Source: Eledone cirrhosa (taxonomy: Eukaryota). From it: a DNA stretch of 64,000 nucleotides. Each line of letters starts with the position of its first letter. Within the stretch, counting starts at the first letter, position 1. The stretch lies in contig OZ024742.1 of the NCBI GenBank assembly GCA_964016885.1, positions 312,852,001 to 312,916,000 on the forward strand, in the 5' to 3' direction. The notes beneath the pieces are model-generated. The model saw only the letters and a program-made list of their open reading frames with translations, had not been told where the DNA came from and searched no databases. Shown here piece after piece: positions 12,436-26,294 of the stretch. A program made the position numbers and the translations under genes.

Positions 12436-12960
12436 CTAGGTCAGAGCAGTGGTTCGGCCTTGCCCCACAGACAAAATGGCAAAGGCATTTCTGTGGACAA
12501 TGGCTAGCGACACCTGCTGCAACAGCCACCCCACATCACAGGGCTCCTTCTTCAGACAGGCTGCTATCGATCTGATTTTATGGAGGAGGTCAGCTGTCCG
12601 GGGTCCAAGGAAGCTTGAGGTCTCGCCAGTGACTGGTGCAAAAAGACAGTGGCCGGACAAGCTCTGGTATTTGCTTGTCTTCCTGTTTTCTGCATTGTGA
12701 GCTGCGGTACTGGGGTTTGTGGCTGAAGCAATTAAATTGGAGGTGGAGAACATGTTACAGTATGTCACGTCCCAGATGAAGGATTTACCACCTTCAAAAG
12801 GTAATTGGGTAATTCCATTGGGGTGCTTGTCATCATCATGGTCAAGGCCTACTAACTTCAGTTGTGATGGGAAGCCGGCTGCATCGAGGCTCCTTCTCAT
12901 TATGTCATTGAGAGTGGCATGTTGAGGGAACTGGCCTGTGCTCTGGTGCCATGATAATGG
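12436..12960 (-). pseudogene. Decayed C-terminal restriction-like endonuclease of a CRE-like non-LTR retrotransposon
   Basis: RRSLDAAGFPSQL..GLD..DDKHPNG (cf. DGKRPDG), IWDVT, AENRKTSKY, FAPVTGETS, LLQQVSLAIVHRNA (cf. QRLSLAIQRGNA). Confidence 0.75.
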
Positions 12961-13149
12961 GTGCAGGCCAAACTCATTGATGACAGCTCCACAACAGCAT
13001 TTATGTGGCTTACATAAGGATCAGGATCTGTGCAGTAAGGTAAGAGGAAGGTGAGATGTGTAGAATGAGTGAGCATGAGTAGAGATGCTAAATCATAATT
13101 TCTGTACAAGGTGTGCATATATCGAGTATATATCGGGCAATGGCATTAG

Positions 13150-13505
13150 TTGGAATGAATTCCATACAGGGTGGACCACATAAAGGTTGCCGTTTCTCAT
13201 GGCCTTGTCCAGGATGCTGCATCTAAACCAGTTGTCTTTGACCTTCCCAGAAAGCAACAGGTGTCCCTTAATTGGATCTGCACTACACATGCCAGGACAG
13301 TCCATCATCACCATCGATGGGAAATGAAAGACAGCCCAGCATGTGATTATGGGGACCCTTACCAGACAGTACTGTATGTTGTTCGGGATTGCCCTTCAGA
13401 TGTTTTCCTGGTGGCCTGGAGGCTATCTATAATGCTGCAAATGATACCTTGGTCTGACTCACCGGTCTCAATCTGCCTCTTTAGCTACTATGTATGTGTC
13501 ATACG
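13150..13505 (+). pseudogene. Decayed 3' end of an Ingi/Vingi-like LINE
   Basis: FDLPRKQQVSLNWICTTHAR..HRWEMKDSPACDYG..QTV.YVVRDCP resembles the GFDLPR..LNRxRTGH..CxCG..H...C C-terminus. Confidence 0.6.
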
Positions 13506-14074
13506 ATAAGAAGATAATTTCTGTTGTGTAACCCTTTCACTACTTTATTTCTAATGAAATACACTGTATTTGTATTAATCAGTGAAGAATTTAGTGGGAT
13601 TTACTAAAATTATTTTGGTTATTTTAACTAACAAAAAGGTAACACAAATTTAAATAATTTAGAAAACCATACAATGCACTAGAAAGAAAATCAAGGTTGC
13701 TAACATAACAAAATAATCTTACCTTAGCAAATTTGATCATCTCAAATATTTTCGGGTTTAAAAACCCATTATCAAGGGAGTATCCCTATGAGAGACTTAA
13801 AAGATCAATCAGAGTTGACTTGAAAAAGGTTGAATCAGTGATGCACAATCTTTCTCAGAAGAGGTGGTAGCTTTGTGAAAGCATACTTTCGTTGATTCAA
13901 TCTGATGATCAGCTTATTTCTCTATAGTTGCACTACCTGCTTGAAATAAGATTCAAATCACCCTCAAATGACACTCTATCATCTTAATAAAGAAGTCTGA
14001 AAGAAAGCGAGATGGTCTCAGCTTAAATGTCTTTCATTATATGTCTGCTCAATCAGGGATAACCTTGGTCTGAA

Positions 14075-14740
14075 AACCAATAATACCAAGAACACCACCA
14101 ATAACAACAACAACATCAACATAAAAAATAACAGCAGCCCCAAGAACAACAACACAACACAACCAACACCAAGAACTCAAACAACAACAACACCAAGAAC
14201 AACAACAATACCAACAGCATCAACATCAACACCAACAGCACCAACAATAACAACAACACCAAGAACAACAACAACAACAGCAACAACAGCAACAATAACA
14301 ATGACAACAACAATACCAACACTACCAACACCAACACCAACAGCACCAACAACAACAACACCAAGAACAACAACAACAGCAACAACAGCAACAATAACAA
14401 TGACAACAACAATACCAACACCATCAACATCAACATCAACAGCACCACCACCAACAACAACAACACCAAGAACAACAACAACAACAGCAACAACAGCAAC
14501 AATAACAATGACAACAACAATACCAACACTACCAACATCAACACCAAGAACAACACAACCAACACCAAGAGCATCATCAACAACAACATCAGCAATGACA
14601 ACAATGACACCACCACCACCACCACGCCACCAACAACAACAACAACACCAACATCAACCAAGAGCACCAACATCAACCACAACCACAACAACCAACAACA
14701 GGTTTACCAAGAGCATCAGCAACATCATCAACAACACCAA
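14075..14740. repeat. (CAA/CAC)n low-complexity repeat with internal block duplications
   Basis: Direct reading. Confidence 0.9.
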
Positions 14741-15213
14741 TACTCACTCTCACCTTACAATTATATATAAATATTGAAAAGGAAATGAAAAGAGACTGAT
14801 GGCCATATTGGAACAAGACATAAGGAGAGAAAGGCTAAATAAACAAACTGAAGCAAAGGACAAATAGATGGGGGAGTATGTGAAGATGGTGGAGTAGCTT
14901 TAGTAAGAGTAGCTTGGTGAATAAGAGGAGTAAATGTAGAGGGAGGGAGTGTGTTAGAAATAAGAGTTGTAGATGAGAGTGATGAGAGAAAAACAAGAAG
15001 TAAATGGAGAGAGTGTGTTAAAAATAATAGTTGTAGATAAGAGAAAGGAGAGACACAAGATTAGATGAAGGCAGGTTGTCTGAAAAGATTAATAGATATA
15101 TAGAGAGATATAGAGAAGAGAGATGTGAATGTGTGTGTGCGTATGTATGTTTATGTATATCTGTGTATGTATGTATATATGTATGAATACACAGACATGC
15201 ATGTGTGTGCATA

Positions 15214-15247
<34 letters not shown>

Positions 15248-15715
15248 AGATGGTTAAATAAATACATAGAAAGAGAAGAGAGGGATTATATGAAGAAAAG
15301 TATAGTTGAAGAGAGAAATGAAATATTTAGAAGAAGCAAAAGTACACACACACATACATGCACACACATACACACATACACACATACAGCAAACCGGAAA
15401 AAAAATGAGATGAATGAGATCAATTTGCATAATGAGAATCACTAAGGAAATGCAAATTAGAAGAAAAAAGAAAAAGAAAGAAGAAAGAAGAAAGAAGAAA
15501 GAAGAAAGAAGAAAGAAGAAGAAAGATGAAGAAAGAAAGGAAGACGAAGAAAGAAGAAAGAAAGAAGAAAGAAAGAAGAAGAAGAAGAAGAAGAACAACA
15601 ACAACAACAACAACAACAACAAGTTTCTACATTTTCTATAAGTGTACTGAATTAAAAGATATCACAACAAACAACAAAAACAAAGAATGAGAGTAAAATA
15701 ATATAGAAATATGAA

Positions 15716-18700
15716 TACCACTATATAGATATAGAGCCACTATATAGATATAGAGCCACTATATAGATATAGAGCCACTATATAGATATAGAACCACTAT
15801 ATAGATATAGAGCCACTATATAGATATAGAGCCTCTATATAGATATAGAGCCACTATATAGATATAGAGCCACTATATAGATATAGAGCCTCTATATAGA
15901 TATAGAGCCACTATATAGATATAGAGCCACTATATAGATATAGAGCCTCTATATAGATATAAAGCCACTATATAGATATAGAGCCACTATATAGATATAA
16001 AGCCACTATATAGATATAAGCCACTATATAGATATAGAGCCACTATATAGGTATAAAACCACTATATAGATATAGAGCCACTATATAGATATAGAGCCAC
16101 TATATAGATATAAAGCCACTATATAGATATAAAGCCACTATATAGATATAAAGCCACTATATAGATATAAAGCCACTATATAGATATAGAGCCACTATAT
16201 AGATATAAAGCCACTATATAGATATAGAGCCACTATATAGATATAGAGCCACTATATAGGTATAAAACCACTATATAGATATAGAGCCACTATATAGATA
16301 TAAAGCCACTATATAGATATAAAGCCACTATATAGATATAAGCCACTATATAGATATAAAGCCTCTATATAGATATAGAGCCTCTATATAGATATAGAGC
16401 CACTATATAGATATAGAGCCACTATATAGATATAAAGCCACTATATAGATATAAAGCCACTATACAGATATAAGCCACCATATAGATATAAAGCCACTAT
16501 ATAGATATAAAGCCACTATACAGATATAGAGCCACTATATAGATATAGAGCCACTATATAGATATAAAGCCTCTATATAGATATAGAGCCACTATATAGA
16601 TATAAGCCACTATATAGATATAAAGCCTCTATATAGATATAGAGCCACTATATAGATATAAAGCCACTATATAGATATAAAGCCACCATATAGATATAAA
16701 GCCACTATATAGATATAGAGCCACTATATAGATATAGAGCCAATATATAGATATAAAGCCACTATATAGATATAGAGCCACTATATAGATATAGAGCCAC
16801 TATATAGATATAAAGCCACTATATAGATATAGAGCCACTATATAGATATAAAGCCACTATATAGATATAGAGCCACTATATAGATATAAAGCCACTATAT
16901 AGATATAGAGCCACTATATAGATATAAAGCCACTATATAGATATAAAGCCACTATATAGATATAGAGCCACTATACAGATATAAAGCCACCATATATAGA
17001 TATAAGCCACTATATAGATATAGAGCCACTATATAGATATAGAGCCACTATATAGATATAGAGCCACCATATAGATATAAAGCCACTATATAGATATAGA
17101 GCCACTATATAGATATAAAGCCACTATATAGATATAGAGCCACTATATAGATATAAAGCCACTATATAGATATAGAGCCACTATATAGATATAAAGCCAC
17201 TATATAGATATAGAGCCACTATATAGATATAAAGCCACTATATAGATATAGAGCCACTATATAGATATAGAGCCACTATATAGATATAGAGCCACTATAT
17301 AGATATAAAGCCACTATATAGATATAAAGCCACTATATAGATATAGAGCCACTATATAGATATAGAGCCACTATATAGATATAAAGCCACTATATAGATA
17401 TAGAGCCACTATATAGATATAGAGCCACTATATAGATATAGAGCCACTATATAGATATAAAGCCACTATATAGATATAGAGCCACTATATAGATATAGAG
17501 CCACTATATAGATATAAAGCCACTATATAGATATAGAGCCACTATATAGATATAGAGCCACTATATAGATATAAAGCCACTATATAGATATAGAGCCACT
17601 ATATAGATATAGAGCCACTATATAGATATAAAGCCACTATATAGATATAAAGCCACTATATAGATATAGAGCCACTATACAGATATAAAGCCACCATATA
17701 TAGATATAAGCCACTATATAGATATAGAGCCACTATATAGATATAGAGCCACTATATAGATATAGAGCCACTATATAGATATAGAGCCACTATATAGATA
17801 TAAAGCCACTATATAGATATAAAGCCACTATATAGATATAGAGCCACCATATAGATATAAAGCCACTATATAGATATAGAGCCACTATATAGATATAAAG
17901 CCACTATATAGATATAAAGCCACTATATAGATATAGAGCCACTATATAGATATAGAGCCACTATATAGATATAGAGCCACTATATAGATATAAAGCCACT
18001 ATATAGATATAAAGCCACTATATAGATATAAGCCTCTATATAGATATAGAGCCACCATATAGATATAAAGCCTCTATATAGATATAGAGCCTCTATATAG
18101 ATATAAAGCCACCATATAGATATAGAGCCACCATATAGATATAAAGCCACTATATAGATATAAAGCCACTATATAGATATAAAGCCACTATATAGATATA
18201 AAGCCACTATATAGATATAAAGCCACCATATAGATATAGAGCCACTATATAGATATAAAGCCACTATATAGATATAGAGCCACCATATAGATATAGAGCC
18301 ACTATATAGATATAAAGCCACTATATAGATATAGAGCCACTATATAGATATAGAGCCACTATATAGATATAGAGCCACTATATAGATATAGAGCCACTAT
18401 ATAGATATAAAGCCACTATATAGATATAGAGCCACTATATAGATATAGAGCCACTATATAGATATAGAGCCACTATATAGATATAGAGCCATTATATAGG
18501 TATAGAGCCACTATATAGATATAGAGCCACTATATAGATATAAAGCCACTATATAGATATAGAGCCACTATATAGATATAGAGCCACTATATAGATATAA
18601 AGCCACTATATAGATATAGAGCCACTATATAGATATAGAGCCACTATATAGATATAAAGCCACTATATAAAGCCACTATATAGATATACAGCCACTAAGT

Positions 18701-18745
18701 ACTGTTAAAGCCACTATATAGATATACAGCCACTAAGTACTGTTG
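15716..18745. repeat. 19-bp minisatellite CCACTATATAGATATA(G/A)AG, ~155-160 copies, ~3 kb
   Basis: Direct reading; period 19; two dominant variants; internal palindrome CTATATAG. Confidence 0.97.
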
Positions 18746-18947
18746 GTTGACTTCATCAAAAGCTTTGGAATAACCTAAGGGGACGAGAATCAAATGAAAG
18801 TCAGGTTCGTTACTAACCCTCTCTACATTGTACTACATGAAGTCAGGATTATCATGCATGGATCTGACAAGAATAGCATATCTCTGTGTTCCCAAACACT
18901 GACAAAGTGTACCAACCTCTTCATGAGCACCTTGATGATAATCTTAA

Positions 18948-19502
18948 TCCTTTGATTACCATATTTATAATGAAAACCACTGCCTATGATTTTCAAATCA
19001 CTTTGAAAATAAACTAGAATTTAGAGGGATTTAGTAATATCACTCTGATCAATTGACAAGATCCCAGACATCATTTGCTTGCCAAGTAGGGTGGGCCTTG
19101 TCAAATTGGACCAAGGAAACAATGTTTCCATAGGTCTTTCCATTACTGATATTATCTATTGGTCGCAACTCCTGGCAGAAGGAGCAACGTGAAATAAAGG
19201 GTCTTGTTCAAGGACACAATGCATCACCTGGTCCAAGAATTGAACTCACAATTGCGAATCCAACTCTCTAACCACTAACCCGCGCACCTTCATATAATAT
19301 AACTAATATAACTAATATAATTAACTAATATAACTAACTAATACAACTAATTTTCTCATTATTAAACTGGTGTTTGGAACATAACAAATGCTCTTATATA
19401 AAATTATAATAAAAGGGTTTTACATAAATATAAATGCTTTAAAACAAACAGTTTTGTATTATAGAACAAAGGGTGGTTTCAGGTGGTTTGATATTGAAAG
19501 GG
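18948..19502. mobile_element. piggyBac-like MITE, family 2, carrying a nested SINE head fragment (~19180-19290, - strand)
   Basis: TTAA at both flanks; imperfect TIR TCCTTTGATTACC / GATATTGAAAGGG; related left ends at ~12258 and ~13530. Confidence 0.6.
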
Positions 19503-19506
19503 TTAA

Positions 19507-19680
19507 ACTCTGCATTTGGGAGAGTTTGAGGCCAGTAATGATGTTTTTGTTTGCACCCTTCTTTATCAGCATCACCACTCCCTGGCTGACACTGCTGTTT
19601 CTGAATGTCTCCAGTTTGTTGTCAGTTGTGATAGATGTCTCTCAAGAGAAGGGAAAATAAGTCTGACATGTCCATTAAGC
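19507..19680 (-). pseudogene. Short decayed Tx1/L1 RT fragment
   Basis: VSQGVVMLIKK resembles VSRGAVALLRK of the Tx1 ORF2 in this window. Confidence 0.4.
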
Positions 19681-20739
19681 TTTCTAGAGTAAACCCTACA
19701 AACCAGATGATTTAGCCCCTCACAGAACCGCTTACCATCAACTGTATCTCAATTACCAATATCAGTATTTTTGCAATACTTAAGGGCAAGAATTGACAGA
19801 ATTATTAGAACACTGGACATAGTTAAGGCCCTTTACAATCTGAGTTCAAATTCTGCCTTTCATTCTTCCTCCAAATCACTGGCTCTGTGCCTATACTAGA
19901 AAGGCTTTTGCACTTAAGTATCACCTAGCAGATATTCCAACACAATCCCAACATGTGTCCAAGAGACCATTCCAATATCCCAAGTGCACTGTTGAGCAGA
20001 CAGTACCTAGGTACTTGAATATGTATACTGATCAGCTGCAGTCAGAACATAACCAGCCACTACTTTAAAGGAATGTTCACATTCATTTAAGTCCAAGAAG
20101 ATAGTAGGTCAATACCCTGAGATCCAGACATTTCCAAAACATCAAGTGTCCTTAGTGTGAAATAGAGAGTCCTTCAATGATGAGGAGACTGGAGATCTAA
20201 TTAAAGATTTCTATCACTCCTATTAAATTTGTAAGTTTAGAAGACATTCACTGTGACCATGACTACGTTTTAAGATGTGAAAAATACAAACTGAAATTTG
20301 TATGAAAGTTCATACATAGTTGTCAAAGTGATAAATAAGTAAAGTTTAGTAACAAGGTTTGTGAAAAATAATAGTCTGTCAACTCTGTAGGCCAGGAGCA
20401 AGTTGGTCAAGGCGGAATAGGCCTAGAACCTTTTAACTCTATGTTATACTAATATTTATGAAAAACTCTTTTGAATAATTTTTCGAATTTATGATACAAA
20501 GTATGCCAGCATATTTTCACTTTTTCAAAAATACGCTGTGAATAAAAATGTTTGGGAACCACTGCACAACTAGGTACTCTGTTGTTAGATTAATAAAATA
20601 AAAAATAAAAATAAAAATAAAAGAGATTGTCAAGAATATATTTTTGACAATCTCTTTTATTTTAATTTTTATTTTAAGTGAAATTCTGGATCAGGAAAAT
20701 ATTGAAGAAAATGATGGACAATAAAAAAGTTAATAACTA

Positions 20740-21073
20740 TCCTCTGACAGATGTGAAGCATGGAGAAGCTGAGAGAAAAGCTGGGTAGAGAGAAATCAGA
20801 AGTAGTATGCTGAAGGAAAGATTGCACTGGTATGGACATGTGATGTTTATGGATGGAAATTGTTGGGTGAAGTACCAAGAAATCCCAGTGGAAGTAAGCT
20901 GCAGTAGAGGGAGACCAAGAAAGACCTTGGTAGAGGTTATGAGAGCTGATTCCAAATTGCTGAAGCTTGGAGATGATGAAGGATTGCAATGAGCGAAGGG
21001 ATGCTGTGCTAGAGAAGACTCATCTAACCCTTGTAAGCATAGAAAAGCAGATGTAAAATGGTGATGATGATGA
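20740..21073 (+). mobile_element. Decayed RTE 3' fragment with short tail
   Basis: ERLHWYGHVM..RGRPRKTLVEVMRAD, then GTAAAATGGTGATGATG. Confidence 0.8.
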
Positions 21074-21324
21074 TTGCTGGTTTAAAAGATAGGACTGAAA
21101 ACGATGATATAATAAAATGGTGGTTTAGAAAATGAATAGACGTGTGGAGTAGAAAAGAAGGAAACACTATAACAACAGAGTCAAAGTCAAAAGAAAAATA
21201 TAATTATTGATTGAATATAATTCCAAAAGAGAAGAAAAAACATCCTGCCAGTGTTAACTGGAATTATGTGAATCAATAGAGGGAGATAACTCAAGAAAAT
21301 GTTGAACTAGATATGTAAGATCCT

Positions 21325-21885
21325 GTAAGAACATGTAGTTTTACTGTTGTGAAGCAACATGTAGTGTTATTTCTGTGTAGCAACATGTAGTTTTACAGCT
21401 GAAGTAGTATCAAGTAGCATTTCTCACTGCTAAGTAAGAATTTGTAGTTTTACTTACTGGTGTTTAAAAACATGTAGTGATACTGCTATGTAAGAACATG
21501 TAATATTACTCATTGGCATATAACATGTAGTTTTACTCACTGCTGTTTAAGAACATGCAGTTTTATTGTGGAAGTAGGAGCATGTCATTTTACTGTTGAA
21601 GTAGGAACATGTAGTTTTATTGTTCAAGTAAAAACATGCAGAGTTACTCACTACTGTGGTGGAACATGTAGTATTACTCACTACTGTGTAAGAATATGTA
21701 GTGTTACTGCTGTGTAAGAACATGCAGTTTAACTGTTGAAGTAGGAACATATAGTTTCACTCAATGCTGTGTAAGAACATGTAGTGTTACTCATTACTGT
21801 GTAAGAACATTTAGTATTGCACACTGGTGTGTAAAAACATGTAGTTTTACTGAGCCCCAACATGTAGTTTTACTCAATGTTAAGT
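21325..21885. repeat. Degenerate ~26-31-bp tandem repeat (AAGAACATGTAGTTTTACT..TGTGT)
   Basis: Recurrent AACATGTAG core. Confidence 0.8.
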
Positions 21886-22722
21886 AAGTAAAAGAAGTAA
21901 TAGATGCCAGGCATAAAAATATAAAAAGTGTGAAGAATCAAGATGTATACAAATGTATATGCTATACTAATTAAAAAACTATATCTACAAGATGGGTGAT
22001 TACTTCTTTAAAATATTTATTAAGTTCTTAATAATAATGAAATTATTGTGCACAGTTCTCACATAATTCAAGCCAATCACTAATAAAATGGCAAGAGAGT
22101 TTAGAGAGTTCCAAGGATATATAAATATGTACATCTTGTAATGATTTAGCAGAAAATATCTAAAAACAGGTTTATTAATTCAAATGTTTATAGTATATTT
22201 ATTATGTGCCAGATTGTTGAGAAAATACTCGAATGTTAGTAGTCTTCAATTTTTTTTAATATGATGCAGCAAGTCACATTCTTCGTTTATACTTTTCAAG
22301 ACTGTCTTACTTGGGCAGTTTCGAGTTAAGTATGCAAGTGATTTAGTATGTACATATATGTAGTTTCATGTGCAGATATACTTTTACTTATGTTAAGGGT
22401 GTACATATCTCTTTCGTACACAAGTCTATGTGAACAATTACGAATGCATGTAAGGACATACATATTTATGTATGTATAAGCTATCATTATTAACAACAAG
22501 ATTATGGGTCTTACCATTCTGAGTTCAAATCCCGCCGAGGTTAACTTTGCCTTTCATCCTTACGGGGTCGATAAAATAAAATACCAGCAATGCACTGGGT
22601 AATTGCTGGCCTTGTGCCAAAAGTAGAAACAATTATTAACAACAAAATTATATCCTCCAGTTATTATTATTATTGTTGTATCCTCCAGTTATTATTATTA
22701 TTATTATTATTATTGTTGCAAA

Positions 22723-22921
22723 GGGCGGTGGATTGGCAGTATCGGTACAGAGTCGGACACCATGCTTTGAAGCATAGAGTTACGTCCCTTTATGATCTGA
22801 GTTCAAATTCCGCCGAGGTTAACTTTGCCTTTCATCCTCACGGGGTCGATAAAATAAAGTAACAGTAATGTACTGGGTAATTGCTGGCCTTGTGCCTAAA
22901 ATAGAAACAATTATTATTATT
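22723..22921 (+). mobile_element. SINE family B (tRNA-like head, Deu/Nin-like core, (ATT)n tail)
   Basis: GGCGGTGGATTGGCAGTATCGG..GAGTTCAAAT(B box)..GCCTTTCATCC..GGGGTCGATAAAATAAAGTA..CCTTGTGCC..AGAAAC(ATT)n. Further copies at ~22510-22640, 31116-31330(-), 32170-32380(-), 33797-33978, 42120-42302(-), 57895-58080(-), 58771-59180. Confidence 0.85.
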
Positions 22922-25900
22922 GTTGTTTTTTAATAATACCTGGCAGCTTATGAGCTGCTATTCGGTAGCTATGTATTTAATGACAGTATAACATTCTGCA
23001 GGGTTGATGTCCTTATGCTTCTCATTTGACAATGTTATCTAACTTGATTTAAACTGATACCCTTATGAGGCTTATTATATAATAAAATCTTCGTCTTACA
23101 AGTTTACATTCTCCTGTTCCTTATCTGATCCAATTATCATTCTGTTTCCTTGTAAGCTGATATTGTTTCGCTTCTCTTATGCTTATTCTTTTTTATTCGT
23201 TATTTGCTTATATTGGTTTCTAATATAGATGCAAGGCTTCATATTTATAGGAAATAATCAGTGTGAACATGTGACATTCATATCTTTCTCAAAAGCATAA
23301 ATAGCATAAGTGAAAGGAGATGGCTTGAACTGAGAGAAAAATATTGGACTATGGACTTGTCTTGTTAGAAGCTTATAATGTACATTTCTTTCAGGACTCT
23401 TCTTCAGATAAATTGATGTTGAAATCTGTGGGCGATGGGTACAACAACACTTCAAAAACACATCAAGCATTTTAAGGCCCTTTTCTTTGATAAAGCAGAG
23501 TTTATCCATGCAGATTTTATAAAGGCTTTATACTCCTGATGGGGTCGTTTTTCTGGTAATGTATGTATGTAACTATGTTTGTATGAACCCATAACTCCTC
23601 ATGGAGTTGTAGGAGTGTTGTAGTGTCATAGAGCATCTCTTGGCCATTTTTTTAAGCCAGACAGAACCCCCCCCCCTCCAGGTCTGAGCACAGCTGATTT
23701 CTTCCAGAGAAGGAGTGAAAAAGAGAAGTGAGGAAGAAATGACCCCAGTATTGGACAGGTACTTTTTTTTATTGACCTCAAAAGGATGAAAGGCAAAGTC
23801 GACCTCAGTAGGATTTGAAAGTAGAGAGTTGGAACAAATGTCACACAGAATACTATCTGATGTTTTAATGACTCTGCCAATTTACTGCCTGATTTTTTCT
23901 GGTACTAACCCTTTTAATTGCCTTGTACAATACACATGGCATGTGGGTGTTAGGTATAACATCTTATATTTACAGGGAGGATGGAGGGATGTTATGATGC
24001 TCATTCCTTTTTCAAGAACTTTGGAAATGTCAGAATTGGTAGATTTGTGAGAGTGTCAGATTAAATGCCTTGATATTTGTTTTGGTTCTCTGCATACTGA
24101 GTTCAAATGCCACTCAGCTCAACTTAGTCTTTTATCCTTTTGGGGTTAATAAAGCACCAATTCAGGAGCAGTGGATTGGCAGAATTGTTAAAGTGTCATA
24201 CAGGGTGCTTTGCAGTATCTAATCTAGCTTTGTGCATTCTGAGTTCAAATCCCACCTCATTCTGTCAGGAATTGTGACCATCAGATAGTATCAGTAATTG
24301 AAAGACCAATGGAAATATAATTTTCTTGGTCTGATTTGACAATCAGCTCATTTCTTTTCCTTTCCTAGATATGTTAAGGGAGTTAAATAATTTCAGCTTA
24401 ATATTAAAACCAAAATTCATTTTTTATTGGTTTTGTTCCACACTGTAAAGTGTTAGGAAGGGCATCCAGCTGTAAAATCCCTCACCAAATTCACAATCCT
24501 TGTTAATTCTGGCCAGATTTGTCTCTTGGTGTGGACGACCTGTCTAACCCATGCAAGCATGGAAAAATGGACGCTAAATGGTGATGATGATGATGGTCTG
24601 GAGGAGTGTCATTGTAGGCCCCTTGAGGCCAAAGGGGTTAAAAAACTTGCAAGAAGCTTTCTTTTTTGTTTGTTTTTTCCCTGTACAACACTTGCCATAT
24701 GTGTAGCTATTAATTAGACTGAACATGAGCTGATATCACAACTATACTCAGGTACTACCAGGCACCTTATCTATCAATTTATATCACTGAGTTGTTTTGT
24801 GTGTTGACAACAGAGAGTAAATAATGTAAATAATGGTTAAATTTTACAGTGAAGACAACCATAGCCAAATAAGAACTTCTCATGTAAATGTAAAAACCTC
24901 AAGAAATCAATAATGTTGAAAAAGAATTAATGTTGGAACTAGTTTGAAATATTGATTTTTGTTATTTACTTGGGAAAATGAAATAAGAAAAATATTTTAC
25001 TTGGGAGTTCAAGGAAAATAGTATAATTTGAGCAAATATTTTGACAGGAACAAACCTTCTGACTCATCATTGATGGAACATTTTCCCTGTCTGTTCACCA
25101 ACTTCCTCACAGAGTAAATATTTAACAGTGATGCTAACACTGGTGTTTGTGCTACTTTATAATCAAACTTTGAAACAAGATATGAAAATAATTTGGAAAA
25201 TGAACCAATGAGGAATTTTCTTATCTATTAGAATCAGAAAAAAGAAGAGATACAAAATTCACAGAAATATGTCCTTTCCTGTTATAATTTTGCTTGATCT
25301 TTGTTTTGTTTTTTATTTGTCTGCAGAGACACAATTTCTACATACCCACATTGAGTTCTCTCCCTACAGTGGCAGACTAAGATTATTTTATTTATTATTC
25401 CCAAAGAAAGACATATATTGCTTATATGTTCTATATTTTGGCATGGTTTCTATGGCTGGATGTCCTTCCTAATGCCAACATATTTACAGAGTATATTGGA
25501 TGTATTTTATCATGGCACCATCACTAGAGAGGTTGTCATATACTCAGGAAGACTGAAAAGTTCTCTCTACTCTATATTGCTTCCATTTGATCAACAACCA
25601 CTAGACAGAGTGTACTGGGTGTATTTTATTGTAGCACTGCACTACCATTTTACAAAGTGTAATGGGTGCATTTTATCATGGCACCAGAACTACCACTTCA
25701 CAGAGTGTTCTGGGTGTATTTTATCATGGCACCAGAACTACAACTTCACAGAGTGTTCTGGGTGCATGTTATCATGGCACCAGCACTAGAGAGGTTGTCA
25801 TGTGCTCAGTCAGACAGAAGAGTCCTCTTTACCCTGTATTGCCTATATTCAACTGTCAGCCATTTTACAGAGTGTAGTAGGTGCATTTTATTGAGGCACC

Positions 25901-26076
25901 AACACAAGAGAGGCTGGAAAGTGTTGGTGTCATGTTAAAATGCACCTAGTACATTCGATAAAATAGTTGGCAATGAAACGGACAATATGTATTGGCTCAA
26001 TTTTGGGGTTTACATGAGGTTTCATCTTTTAATGTTCTGTTGTTGATTAAAACTATGGCCATGTATACATCTTTAA

Positions 26077-26294
26077 CTCTTAACATCCTGTACTGCATGA
26101 AACTACATTAGCAAAACATTTGATAAAATACAAAACAGCATTATGACTACATCACATTAACAATTGAAGTTTTTTCATTAATACTTCAAATTTTCACAAC
26201 AATCTGTCTACCCATAAAAATATTATAAACATTTGAATTAACACACCCATTTTGTCTAGATATTTTCTGCTAAATTATTATAGGATGTTAAGAG
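26077..26294. mobile_element. piggyBac-like MITE, family 3
   Basis: TTAA at both flanks; TIR CTCTTAACATCCTGTA / TATAGGATGTTAAGAG. Confidence 0.8.

Noticed and set aside
14116-15641. Leu/Val-, Thr- and Lys/Glu-rich ORFs
   Set aside because: Products of (CAA)n and (GAA)n repeats.
15716-18745. CRISPR-like regular repeat array
   Set aside because: No unique spacers, no cas genes and a eukaryotic context; it is a plain minisatellite.
23258-23509. 83-aa ORF as a possible host exon
   Set aside because: No recognisable motif and no supportable splice structure.
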